From: Octopus vulgaris | Taxonomy: Eukaryota | Reading direction: 5' to 3' | Assembly: GCA_951406725.2 (NCBI GenBank) | Contig: OX597817.1 | Span: 62,496,001 to 62,560,000, forward strand | Length of the DNA: 64,000 bases | Shown: piece after piece, positions 41,565-55,040 of the stretch | How positions within the stretch are numbered: position 1 is the first letter of the stretch | How the letters are laid out: every line of letters begins with the position of its first letter | The notes under the pieces: model-generated | What the model was told of the DNA's origin: nothing | What the model saw: the letters and a program-made list of their open reading frames with translations, nothing else | Database searches by the model: none | Translations under genes and position numbers: made by a program

Positions 41565-42272
41565 CCAAATAAGGAAATAAAGAACTTCTTTAACACATCT
41601 TTAATGATTCTTTACAATTGTTTCTGTACCAAATCTGCTTGCAACGCCACTTACCGCAAATTTTGGAAGTGAAAATGTACGTTCTGCTTGCGGGTTTGGA
41701 CATTTGACTGGCAGTTCATCAAACTTGCATCAAATATGTGCCTTTACATATATATTTAAATAATGAGGGAGATAAATTGAATATTAATAATTCAATTTTA
41801 AACCATAATATTCGATTTATCTCCCTCATTATTTAAATGTTAAAATAGATATGTTCTCTAATAGGCAGTATTAACTGCAGTAAATTATTTACTGCAGGTT
41901 TTGTGTCCGGAATTTAGCGCCTAAAACTCAGACATTTGAAATTAACCCCAATGTAATCGGTGGAACTAAGCACGTGTTTGTTTTTATACGGAAAGCTGAC
42001 GGTTGGTTTTACAAATTATATTGCTTTTGGAACGATCGTAATGACGAGTCCTACTGATGAAGGATTGCGTAAGTGATTTATTCGTTAATAGGCGAAACCG
42101 GTTTCCGATTAATTCTTGTTTTTTTAATATAATTTTCATCTGTCTTGCCCCCATATTGTTCTGGTGTCCGCTGAATTTTTCTCTAGAGAATATCCTTTCT
42201 TTGTAGTTTGATAGTAGGTGATCTACTTCTAGCATAAGGCTGTCCACATAGTGGTCCCTAGCCCTTTAAATA
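41560..42272. mobile_element. Composite cassette between (TA)n tracts: two outward-facing HHR-like folds around a central hairpin
   Basis: Hairpin 41754-41838; minus UUGAUGA...GAAACAAUUGUA (about 41722-41613); plus AUGACGA...GAAACCGGUU (42041-42103). Confidence 0.55.
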
Positions 42273-42277
42273 TACAC

Positions 42278-42317
<40 letters not shown>

Positions 42318-42318
42318 G

Positions 42319-42425
<107 letters not shown>

Positions 42426-42616
42426 GTATGTATATACATATATATGCACAATATATATAAATACTTATACATATAGATACTTGTATGTATGTATCATGCT
42501 TATTGATATTATAATCAACCGAATTTCAAGAGGAAACTTTGAAACAGCAGTCAACATTTTTAGTTATAAAAAATACTTTATAATGATATTGAGTCTTTAT
42601 TAAATTTATTTTTCTG

Positions 42617-42669
<53 letters not shown>

Positions 42670-43559
42670 GACGTTTGATTTTTTTTATTTTATAATGAAG
42701 ACAATTTTACATAAAATTGAAGGATTACTCAGTACGTTTGATAAAGTCTAAATTTATTATTCCTTAACAAGAATACTATAGACAGTGACTTCTCCAGATT
42801 TAATGAATAGAAATTCCCCAAAGCATATTGCCATCACAAAGTACGATACAATATAATTACCATTCAACAGAACACACCTTAACCTGAAAAAGTTTAGCTT
42901 AACAAAGACTATGAAAAGCGAAGATGAACTCAAATGTACTCGTCTGACGATGGCTCCGAATCTTCGAAGTCAATATTAATATAATCCGTGTTAAACAACA
43001 ATACACGCACACAAACACATACACACACATATATGCATATATGTATGTGGGCTTGCACTACACTACATTGGTAAACACACCACTTAATTGGAAATAGACT
43101 AGATGATAGTACTATATGTGGAGCACTAGATTAACGAATTATTACACTTATCTTACGCATTTTTCATTGACAATATTTTCATATAAGCTATTTAGTTATA
43201 GATATATTTTATCATCAACTGACAAAAAATCATATTTCAGAAATTTAGTAAACTTTTGAGTTATAAAATGGACTTCCACATTGTTGTGATATACCCTGAT
43301 CAATAAACCACACAGCACACACAAATACACACACATACGCACACATACATATACACACATACGCACGAACCCCCCACACACACGCACACGCGCGCGCGCA
43401 CGCATATAGCGAGAGAAAGGGAGAGAGAGAAAGTGAGTCCTAGTCCACTTAAACATTCCACTTTTATATTCTTGTTGTAATAACCTGTAATATCAAAGTA
43501 AAGATTGTCTAACCTGTCGTCGAATTGTGGCGCAAAATGTCAGAATAAATACCCATGTA

Positions 43560-44377
43560 CTATGTTGAGGAATAATTGGTTGTTTTTTTTTTCAAATTTA
43601 AAAACGCACTCACAAATAAAACGATTTGGCAAAATGTTTTATGTTACCCAAAACAGAAGTTTTTGCTCTACAAGATGGTGTGTTTTGATTTTTTAATGTC
43701 ATTGATTTTTGTGTATTTTCAGATCATTAAAATGGAATGTCAAGTGGACAAAACTGAGCATCTTCAACACCATTTGTTTTTTTCATTCAATCGATGTGTT
43801 TAGGCTTCCGAAGCTGCTCGTAGGGATTTGTGCTGTGCATGGAGGAGCAATGCTTCAAAGTATTTCAAAAATGGAAATTTTGACCTCAAGGACGGATCAC
43901 GCACCGGTCGACCAATTCAATTTGATGAAGAGCGATTGAATCAACTTCTTCACGAAAATCCACGTCAAACGACCCGAGAATTGGCGGCGCAGATGGATTG
44001 TGATAAAAAAGAATGTGGTGAACCATCTTCACTCAATGGACAAGGTTTAGAAACTCGGTGCATGGTTCGGAAACTCACCAATATAACCAAAGACGCGATT
44101 CAAGAACTCAAAGGGGAAGAGCTGTCTCTTTCCTCTATACCCTCCAGATTAGGCACCGTGGAGTACGGTTCAATAATGGCGTGGAATTGATGGCTTGGGT
44201 TGATTAGTTCTTTGAGTCAAGACTTGGAGACTTCTATCGCCGAGGCATCGAAAATTTTATTGAACGATGAGAGGAAGTCGTAAACAAGAACGGAGAGTAG
44301 ATATTTAATTAATTTTTTGTAGTTATTTTGTTTGATATGTTTGGAAAAAAACGCTTTAGAACTATTCCTCAACCCAA
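43560..44377 (+). mobile_element. Internally deleted mariner (Mos1-like) transposon
   Basis: TIRs ctatgttgaggaataatt / aactattcctcaacccaa with TA flanks; FKNGNFDLKDGSRTGRP...LLHENPRQTTRELA, KLGAW (WVPH region), YPPDLGTVEY (YSPDLAPSDY); most of the DDD domain missing. Confidence 0.9.
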
Positions 44378-44409
44378 TACATACATATATTTATATAAAT
44401 ATATATATC

Positions 44410-44459
<50 letters not shown>

Positions 44460-44503
44460 TATATATATATATATATATTTACATATATACATATATACAT
44501 ATG

Positions 44504-44573
44504 GCCAGATAACCGAAGAGATGGTGTTGTGGATTTCCACTTCGAAATCCGAAACTCAGACTTTTATCTTGGC
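44504..44573 (+). ncRNA. HHR-like fold in a short cassette between (TA)n tracts
   Basis: GCCAGAUAA / CCGAAGA / 11 nt insert / GGAUUUC-cacuuc-GAAAUCC / GAAA ... UUAUCUUGGC; stem III imperfect. Confidence 0.45.
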
Positions 44574-44659
44574 TATTGAATAATGGTAACATATTAATTT
44601 ACAGATAAATTTCCTCTACTTACATAATATTGAGGTCTCTTTCTTTTGTTATCTTACCG

Positions 44660-44743
<84 letters not shown>

Positions 44744-46157
44744 TGGAGTGAGAGAGTTTTTATTCTGCTAGGCAATCCTTATTATCGTCATCATCATCAT
44801 CATCATATTACGATTGCCATCGTTATTCCTCATAATCAACATCACTATGTTTGACGTCATAATACCATATTTGACATTACTTTTCACGTCTATGCAAACA
44901 GCTTCGTCTTCGTTGTCGTCGTCATCATAATCTTCGTAGGCGTTGTTGGTGTTATCGCCGTAATTGTCGTCTTTATTATCCAGCACGATAGCAATAAGTT
45001 TTCGTCTTCATTTTAAAGCTAATTATAGTTTTGATACGTATCTCTATTATTGTTGCTGAAAGTAGGCAGTGTGCCAGGCTAGTCCTCCGATGTTCATAGG
45101 CTTGTATTCCGTAACCAAGGCAGCAATATGCTTACGGAAATGATATTTAACTCTTAGCTGACATACAAACAAATCACTCTAAATGAATGGTAATATACAA
45201 TCGTCAAGTAGTTTTTATACTGGAGTAGTGTAAATCGTACCAGTACTGAAACACTTGTAAAATAGATACACGCGGTATAACAAACACCATCTTTAACATT
45301 TATGCTCTGGAGGCCATTATCCACAAATGATTAAAGGTAGCTCTTATAAGTGCATAGAATTCCTCAGATTCCAGCATCTTTATGTTCAGGAAGAAAAATT
45401 TTGATTGCTCATGTTTTTAGAAGATCAAATGTACTATAAAACTGGCAACTCGTTTGAAACACAAAATCAAACGACATACATAAAGTGTCAAAGCAGATAT
45501 AAATTTCGAAAGTTTACGATATCTAGCCAGAGAAAATGAGTGGTTTGTAGAAACTTAAAATCTTTTACAGCGGAAATCAGTCTCATCCACTCAAAATTTT
45601 ATTAGCTTTAACTACAGAAAGCGTTTTTGTAGATCAATCTATCTTTTGTCGACGAATGACATGTTTGAAACTATTTTTTGCCTAGATGTGTGAACTTCAC
45701 TGAGGCAACGTGACTTACCAAAATTATCAATTCTATTTCTTTTTTTTTATTTTTGATAAATATTTCACATTAATAGAATAATCATGAAATTTAATTTAGC
45801 AGTTATGGGGTTAAAGTAACGAACGAAATTATTTGCGGTCTTCGTTCTGGCAAATTACGCTCTGATTTCAAATGTTTCAGAGATCAACAGTGCATTTTAT
45901 GCTTCAAATTGTCGGTACAGTAATGGACCAATCATGTATTGCAGACGGTTTACTCGACTGCTGATCTGTGCCAAAATGCAGTGGATTAGCATGTTACAAT
46001 ACAGAAATACTCCCGCTCTGACGACATACGTCACATTTGTTAGTTTGTTGCCGTCATATCAGCATTATCTATGTCTAACACTCTATATTACTGCCATCCG
46101 TAAAACATATATCTTATCTTCGCTTATACTTACATACTTAATTCATTTTTTTTATGC

Positions 46158-46234
46158 ATAAATTTATCAAGCTTCATAATATTAATTCAATGCTAAAGCA
46201 TTGAATTAATATTATAAAGATTGATAAATTTATG
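46158..46234. repeat. AT-rich hairpin, ~37 bp arms
   Basis: Centered on atgct-aa-agcat. Confidence 0.75.
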
Positions 46235-46587
46235 ATTTTTATGATAAATTTATAATTTTTATGATAATGAGAGAAAAAAACGGAGTGGAATTTTGTTAAA
46301 GATTAAGTTTTAGAATTGATGTACATTTAATCAAAAGTTTTTGAAGGCAAGTTAATATAATTAAAAATTCTAACCTTTTCACTCTATTCCACCCGCAATT
46401 GCTGGCTTCCTGTCTGACAACAATGTCAATAAGACCAAAACGAAGTTCTTTTTCTTTGAAAACTTAGCATTCGAACAGACATCGCGACAAGGTTAATAAT
46501 ATCGTGGAGGATGTGCTAACAATAATTTACCCAAAGAGATGCTTATGTCGTATTTGTGTTGTGTCATTACTAATAACATATATGTAT

Positions 46588-48138
46588 ACTAGCAGAAATA
46601 CCCGGCGTTGCCAGCGTTAAACAGAATAATGAAATTTCTAAATGTCGTCTAGATTACGTAGGTCTCAACTGCTAGTAGCTGAAATACCAACTTTCTACAT
46701 CAATAATTCTCCAACCCATGCCAGCATAGAACATATCCGTGAAGTGAAATATTAGAAGAATGTTTTCAAGTCACATATGAATATAAAGTAAATACACTAA
46801 ATCAAAAAACACCTTTTACGTAGCTTATTTCGTAACCAAAGAACAGCTACAGATTATAAGCAATAAAAAGCCGATTTTGGTGATTCATTTCACAGTGGTA
46901 GTAGAGAGCCAATCCGATGATAGATCTGACCTTGGATCTTGAACGTTTGCATGAATCCTGGCTCAGTTAAACCTGTTGTGGCTCGAATGATGTCATCTGT
47001 AGTGCAGCGTTGTATTGTCTAATTTTGCTTTAGAAGTACTTGGAATCTTGATCAGTTGATGACAACAGTTTCTTCAATACCTCTGAAGGTTGGGGTATTG
47101 CAGGAAGTTTAACATTTCCACCACTGCAGCACAGTGCAGGTGTCTCTCCAGGCCACTTCCTAGCTTTTCAATTTTGCACTCAGTTGCTATTGCACCAATG
47201 GAAACTAGTGACATCTGTATAATGAACTGACGGCTCATATTTGAAAGCTGCTTCATAGAAGTTGCTTCTCTGAGCTGTTGCGACTGCTCTTCGTTCTGCA
47301 ATGGGGATCATATTCCTTGTCAGCAGTGCATACCTCTGTTCATCACTTTGAGATACTCTGGCTTTTGGAGTGCACTGTCTGTTCGTTTCTTGGTATGCTT
47401 CTCTTTCTGCAGCTGTCTCTCTTTCCCAGGACAGAGACATTCTTTTGGCTTATCTTGACATTCCACACAGATTTGACACATTGCTTCTAGGCACGGTTAT
47501 ATATGTATACAAAAATACACGGGTGCAGAAAATAGAAAACAACGAAAATAACTGGGTAATGGAACTTATATTTCTTAATACGGCGGGCAGAAATCAAATA
47601 AGAAGTTTTTACGGAAAATATAAAATTGTACGGGTTGAAGCAAAATTTGTCACTTAGTGAACCAGTGTCGAGGGAACCAGAAAAAAGCCGTTAACAACAG
47701 AAAAACATAAAACCATTGCAAAAGTAAATATGAAATTTGTAGGCATATTTAACGAAGTGTGCGGATTGAAGTGAAATTTATGAAGTTACTTCTATCAGTA
47801 AAATATGTATGAAATTACTTTCATCAGTAATTGCGAAATTCTATCTGTCAATAATTTGCCGTTGTTAATAAATAGCCATTGAAAACTTACAGTGAAAACA
47901 ATAGTAATTGAACTTAAAGTGAAAAGAATAGCGTCTGAAGAGAAAAAGTGGAAATAATAGAGAGTGAAAACAATATAGAGATGTATAGAGAGGGGGAGGG
48001 AGAGAACTAGCTAGTTAGACAAATAAGATAAAGTCTGATATATATATATAGATAGATAGATAGATAGATAGATGGATGGATGGATGGATGGATGGATGGA
48101 TGGATGGATGGATGGATGGATGGATGGATGGATGGATG

Positions 48139-48205
<67 letters not shown>

Positions 48206-48288
48206 AGATACATACATACATACATACATACATACATACATACATACATACATGCATGCATGCATACATACATACATACATACATACA

Positions 48289-48322
<34 letters not shown>

Positions 48323-48728
48323 CATACATACATAAAGATGGATAGAGAGTATTAGATAGAGAGATATAGAGAGATAGAAATAAAGATAGACGTCACTGAC
48401 GCTAGAAAACCGGAAGTAAATATTTTTTAAAAGTTCAAATAAGTGAATGTAATATAAAAAATAATAATTTTTATGACCAATGAACGGAAGGGCGACAATC
48501 AATTTCTGAAAGTTACTTCACAAAGAGTTACTTCTCTTCGCCACGTAACCCAGGAATGGGTGTCTTCTTCCCCCAGGGGACGCTTTACTCATTATCTGAA
48601 AACATTTTGAGAGTCTAAAACCATCCCTGGAACATAAGTAATATATGTTCCTAGTTTGGAGAAAATCAGATAAAAAATACGACCGTTATAATCTTTTACA
48701 CAAACACACACACACACACATGTATATA

Positions 48729-48740
<12 letters not shown>
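46588..48740. mobile_element. Helentron/HINE-like rolling-circle element with minus-strand Helitron N-terminal coding relic (about 46870-47440) and internal tetranucleotide array
   Basis: End actagcagaaatacccggcgttgcc; minus translation AAFKYEPSVHY...KWPGETPALCCSGGNVKLP...KIRQYNAALQMTSF...MQTFKIQGQIYHRIGSLLP; compound GATA/GGAT/GATT/CATA array 48050-48330; right boundary approximate. Confidence 0.8.
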
Positions 48741-48757
<17 letters not shown>

Positions 48758-48760
<3 letters not shown>

Positions 48761-49141
48761 GTTATCGCCATACTAATATGGCATTCTTATAAAAATAAGA
48801 AAAAAGCTGTCCGCTTATTAGCTCCATGAGGCCATCGCCTTAAGTTAGCTATTGATACACAAACTGTATCCATATAACCTTCGAACAAGGGAGGTCAGTC
48901 GCTCCACACTACTTGACCGGCAGCTACAGACGCGTTTCGGGGTATTGCCCCTTGTTCGAAGGTTATATGGATACAGTTTGTGTATCAAATAGCTAACTTA
49001 AGGCGATGGCCTCATGGAGCTAATAAGCGGACAGCTTTTTTCTTATTTTTATAAGAATGCCATATTAGTATGGCGATAACTATTATTTTCCGGGAACGCT
49101 GCCGCTGTTCTCTTTTAGAGACTTAGTAATTTTAATATTTC

Positions 49142-49145
<4 letters not shown>
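48758..49145. mobile_element. Young fold-back cassette: 134 bp arms, 57 bp spacer holding the 3' part of an HHR, plus tail
   Basis: 48758-48891 is the reverse complement of 48949-49083 with one indel; minus strand GGGG-CAAUA-CCCC-GAAA-CGCG-UC-UGUAG (48951-48924). Confidence 0.88.
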
Positions 49146-49623
<478 letters not shown>

Positions 49624-49821
49624 TGTATGTATATACAGATATACGGGTGAGTGTGAGTGTGACTATGAGAGGGGAATATGTTGAATAATATAATTAACTG
49701 ATCCTCCTGTAGTTTCTTTTACCCAAAGTCAGGAACTTATCAGAACACCTCATACATATATGTACGTATATTCATATATATATATGTATATATACTTATA
49801 TTACATATATATATATATACT

Positions 49822-49882
<61 letters not shown>

Positions 49883-49887
49883 TATAT

Positions 49888-50120
49888 ACTCTTACTCTTT
49901 ACTCTTTTCCTTGTTTCAGTCACTTGACTGCGGCCGGGCTGAAGCACCGCCTTTAGTTGAGCAAATCGACTTCAGGACTTATTGGTTGTAAGCCAAGTAC
50001 TTATTCTATCGGTCTCTTTTGCCGCACCGCTATGTTACGGGGACACAAACACACCACCACCGGTTGTCAAGCGATGTTGAGGGACAAACACAGACACACA
50101 AACACACACACACACACACA

Positions 50121-50213
<93 letters not shown>

Positions 50214-50365
50214 TACGGGCTTCTTTCAGTTTCCGTCTACCAAATCCACTCACAAGAGTTTGGCCGGCCCGGAGCTATAGTAGATGACACTTGCCCTAGG
50301 TGCCACGCAGTGAGACTGAACCCGGAACCATGTGGTTGGTAAGCAAGCTACTTAACACACAGCCA
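49888..50365 (-). mobile_element. SINE family 1 copy
   Basis: Reverse-complement match to consensus with an expanded internal microsatellite. Confidence 0.9.
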
Positions 50366-51164
50366 TATAGGATATGATGTATAGTGTACATGTGTATGTG
50401 TGTGTATTTTTCAAGTGCATAACTTTAAACTATTTCTGGTTATGGGGTCCTGGATCGGGATTTCCAGATGTACAAAGAATCTGAGACCAGCTCTTACCCA
50501 CGTTTTTTGTCAGGTTTACTCTGACACGGAGCACTAGCATGGCTCCAGGTGTAGGTTAATTAGTAAGTAAATAAAAACTACCAAAAGTGAAGGATTTCCG
50601 AGCTGTTGTCTCAGCATTTCACGTGATTACTTGTCATCTCGTTTCGCCTCTCACTAAGTATTTATCACGGAGACTCTGATTTTATACAAGTGTCTCATTT
50701 TATACAAGTGTTTATCACTATAATGCAACGACGTACAAATGTCACTTTATAGTGACCTGATTTGGCATTCCAACTAGTGAAAGTCTTCTGGCGATGGAAA
50801 AGTGCCAAAATCTGCACATCTAACCAGGTAGAAGCGCACAGTTACAAAAACACGAGATTGAATAGTCATCTCAATGCTCATGTCAGACATGGCATTGACA
50901 GAAACGAAGCACAAGGAGACAGCAATCTTCTGTGAAAATGGAAAAATCACCGGTTTAGCCTGCGGGGTGGATATCATTTACGTCCAAAACATTTTGTTCG
51001 GCAAACCAACAAATTTGTTATAGAACCCTGGTTATTAACTCTCTCTGTCTGTTTGTCTCTCTCTCTCCCTCTCTCTCCCTCTCTCTCCCATATATATATA
51101 TGGATAAGAGTTATTTTCGATTTACAGGTACAATACTGAGAAAAAATGAAGAGCAAGGAATTGT

Positions 51165-51182
51165 GATGATGAAGGAGGAAAG

Positions 51183-51237
<55 letters not shown>

Positions 51238-51245
51238 AGGAGGAA

Positions 51246-51280
<35 letters not shown>

Positions 51281-51548
51281 AGAAGAAGAAGAAGAAGAAA
51301 AAAAGAAGAACAAAAAGAAGAACAAAAAAGAAGAAAGAAAAAAAGAAGAAAAAGAAGAACAACAACAAAAAAGAAGAAAGAAGAAAGAAGAAGAAGAAAA
51401 GAAGAAGAAGAACAACAACAACAACAACAACAACAAAAAGAAGAACAACAACAAAAAAGAAGAAGAAGAAGAAGAAGAAGAAGAAGAAGAAGAAGAAGAA
51501 GAAGAAGAAGAAGAAGAAGACGCAACAACAACAATAACAACAATAACA
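51165..51548. repeat. Compound (AGT)n/(AAG)n/(AAC)n tract
   Basis: Direct reading. Confidence 0.95.
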
Positions 51549-51766
51549 CTCAATATCAATACCAAGAACTATACCGATACTGTGCTAGTACTTTAATCTT
51601 CCATTCTGAAAGGATGAAAGGCATCGTTAACAAGTTTGAGCCCGACGGCATTTGAGTTCAGTGTGCAGAGACTCAGAACGAATACGACATGACATTCTGT
51701 CCGAAACTCTAACAATTCTGCGAATTCCCTGCCTTATAATATGTTTATTTATAGATGTAGCTAATA

Positions 51767-52069
51767 ATAATAATAAGCTTTTCAAATGTAGGCAGAAGAG
51801 CTGCAATTTTTGACATGAGGGAAGTGTGGTGGATATGCAATCGACCCTGATACTTCACTGCTACTTATTTTCATGAAAAGTAAAGGTATCCTCGGGAGAA
51901 TTTGAACTCCATGATCTTTATATTTTGAGTTCAACTTCTGCCGGGTATACCTTTACTTTTCATGAAAATAAGTAGCAGTCAAATATCAAGGTCGATAGCA
52001 TATCCACCACACTTTCCTCCTGTCAAAAATTGCTGCTCTTCTGCCTAAATTTGAAAAGCTTATTATTAT
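51767..52069. repeat. Palindrome made of two inverted copies of one decayed SINE family 2 segment
   Basis: 51767-51909 versus 51927-52069; both arms share the same internal deletion relative to other copies. Confidence 0.85.
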
Positions 52070-52556
52070 CTTCCTAAGCAAAATTAAATATTCTAGCTAT
52101 AATATTGTTGATAGTAATGATGATAATGCAGTAGCAGCCATCACTAACACTATAATTCTTAAGTCAAAGTGGGAAGGACCTCATGACGTGGCGTGAGCTT
52201 GCTTGAAATAGCAGCAAAATTCCCTCTAATACAATGTTCTTCATAATCGATTCCTGAGAGAGACAGAAAAAAAGTAGAACATATGAGGAGCACTTTGTTT
52301 AACGATACTGGTAAGAGAAAAATACAAAGTTGGTATTGATGGGAACTCAGAGCATAATGAGCCAAAACAAATGTGGAAGTCTTTCTGTCTGATGCTGTGT
52401 AAGGCGGTGAATTACTGACAGAACTGTTAGACCCTCGGACAAATGATCTTGCCTTATTTGGTTTCGCTCCTTAACGTTCTGAGTTCAAATCTTGTTCTGA
52501 TCAAATTTGTTCTTTGGGAATCGTTAAATTAAAGTACCAAACAGGTACGAAGTTCG

Positions 52557-53025
52557 GGATCTTTACCCTTTGAACGGCAGATCCAGAAATTAATATTTTT
52601 GTAACTAAACATTTTCCGAAAATAGTAGCTGAAAAACAGGAAAAAAACTAAAAGCAATAAAAATGCACGAACGATTGTGGTGGTGCCATGAAGTAAACAT
52701 GTTTCAGATACACTCGTTTATTCATACAAACGTAACTGAGATGAAATATACCATAAATAACAGTGACAAACGAAATATATACCGCCGGAAGTCGTTGACA
52801 AACAACAGCAGTAATTTTATTCAGTTGAATACACGTCATTGATTGGTTGAAATTACCGAAATACGACAACTTTAACACGAAATAACTTTGAAAATACAAA
52901 CTTATCTCAATAACACTAAGAGTAAAAGATGTTTTATATGACACATTCTACCCGTGTCCGAAGTTTGAAAGTGTTTAGTTACAAAAAATTCTTTTCTTGA
53001 TCTGCCGTCCAAAGTGTAAAGATCC
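52557..53025. mobile_element. MITE with ~55 bp TIRs and 8 bp TSD (Merlin-like)
   Basis: GGATCTTTAC...GTAAAGATCC termini; GAAGTTCG at 52549-52556 and 53026-53033; inserted into a SINE family 2 copy starting at about 52401. Confidence 0.88.
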
Positions 53026-53300
53026 GAAGTTCGGTATAATATAACACACCGCCACAAATCCCTGTCACTGTAAGACGCTGTTATTGCTGTTACAATTGCT
53101 ATTCTATGGTTAACGCCATCCTTATTTATTTCTACTGTTTATTTATTTATTTTCTTTTTATTTGCATGTTATTTTTATAAGCGGTGTTTTCCTCTTGCTA
53201 TTAAAGTCGTACTTAATATTTTACAGTTATTGTTTTCGTTGTAGCTGCTGCTGCAACTGCTGCTTTTATTTTTATTGCGCTTATGGTGTTCATTTAGGCT

Positions 53301-53752
53301 AACAGTATTGTTGTTGGTGGTGTTCCGGTGAAGATTACATGTCTTAATGTATTTACGCAGTATTTCGACTGAATTTACGTTCTGAGTTCAAATTCCGCTG
53401 AGATCGACTTTGACTTTCATCCTTTCGAGGTCGATTAAATAAGTACCAGTTTCGCACTGGGGTCGATGTAATCGACTTAATACCCTTGTCTGTCCTTGTT
53501 TGTCCCTTGTGGGCAATAAAGAAATATAACAGTATTGTTATTATTGGTGTTCCGGTGAAGATTACCTGTCTTAATACATTTACGCAGTATTTCGTCTGTC
53601 TTTACGTTCTGAGTGCAAATTCCGCCGAGGTCGACTTTGCTTTACATCCTTTCAGGGTCGATAAATTAAGTACCAGCTGCGTACTGGGAGCGATCGAAAC
53701 TACTGGCCTCCTCCCGCAAAATTTCAGGCCTTGTGCCTAGAGTAGAAAAGAA
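53301..53752 (+). mobile_element. Two tandem SINE family 2 bodies sharing a duplicated upstream segment
   Basis: 53301-53367 is similar to 53528-53594; 3' tails differ. Confidence 0.8.
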
Positions 53753-55040
53753 TATATTTATGTTGTTCTTTTTCCCTGTTACTTTTATTATGAATTCTAC
53801 CGAGAATCAACATGTTCGCGTCGTCATAGTTATTTGTTATTGTTATTGTTATTTAAAATAAATACTTGTCACACAATAATGCAATGGTAATAGTTCATTT
53901 TCACCTATTTTCTAATATCGTTTTATAGCGGTTGTCACTTATAGCGCTCCTCTTTTATTCTTACTAATCAGATCAGCAACAACACCAACACTCCGGTATG
54001 ACATTTAAATCTTAGGTTATAACACGAACCAAAGGGTTTGAAATACAAATAATTTCTGGATCACATAAACTGATTTTCGCGTGATTTCAAGCATCTTTTA
54101 CAATCTCTATAACCTGACATTTTGTTCTTTGCACATACTACAACACACATCCCACCTTCACAGTCTCTCTTTCTCCGCTTCCCTTCCCGTTCCACTATAT
54201 TTCTATAACTTTATTGTTTCAAGACCAATGGGATCAGTCGATTGAATCGATTCAGTGTTTATTACTGGAAAGAGTGTTAATCTCTTTGTAGGAATTGTTA
54301 ATCTCTGTATACATAAATGTGGATTTAAACTCATAACCAATAAAACCGGTTGTATAGTCATTACCATATTTTCTATGTTGGCATAAATCTTCTTCTAACA
54401 AGTTCAAAGGTAAGGAAAATAGTTCCTTCGATCCAACATGTCATAAATTTATGGCACTAACTGCTGGAATCTTTAATTACAAATGATAAGTTGCCGATAA
54501 GTAGTGAGAGGATTAATCACCATCCCATGCAGACAACCTTTAACGTTGGTGTAATACAAGACAGACGAAGGAATTCCTACCTGGTCGCTCAACCAGCCAG
54601 TAATGCAATAAAAATCTTTCGCAGATCGTGCAACATGTATTAGTTTTAAAAGATATGACATTGGATAATGTAATTGAGATAAAGATGATCGGAGGGTTAG
54701 TTAGACAATCATTCACCACGCTTTTTAACGATGACCTATTTCTGAACAATCGCAACTCTGATTGGTAAGTTGAACAATTGGCAACCAGCAGCAGCAGTAT
54801 TTGGTCCAAATAAAAATAATGGTTTCAAATTTTGGCACAAGGCCAGCAAATTCGGTGCTCAACTGCTATTTATTTTATCAACTCCGAAAGGATAATAGAT
54901 AAAATCGACCTCGGCGAATTTTATCTCAGAACATAAAGACGAACGAAGCGCCCAGCGTGCTACCGATTCTACCAGCTCCCCGCATTGGTCCAAATATTAA
55001 TAATATACAATATAGCTTGAATAAAAATATACACCCAAAG

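Noticed and set aside
42947-42975. CUGACGA followed by a hairpin
   Set aside because: No GAAA, stem III or stem I follows; at most a truncated relic
49700-49750. Minus-strand CUGAUAA...GAAACUACAG
   Set aside because: Core mutated and stems not convincing
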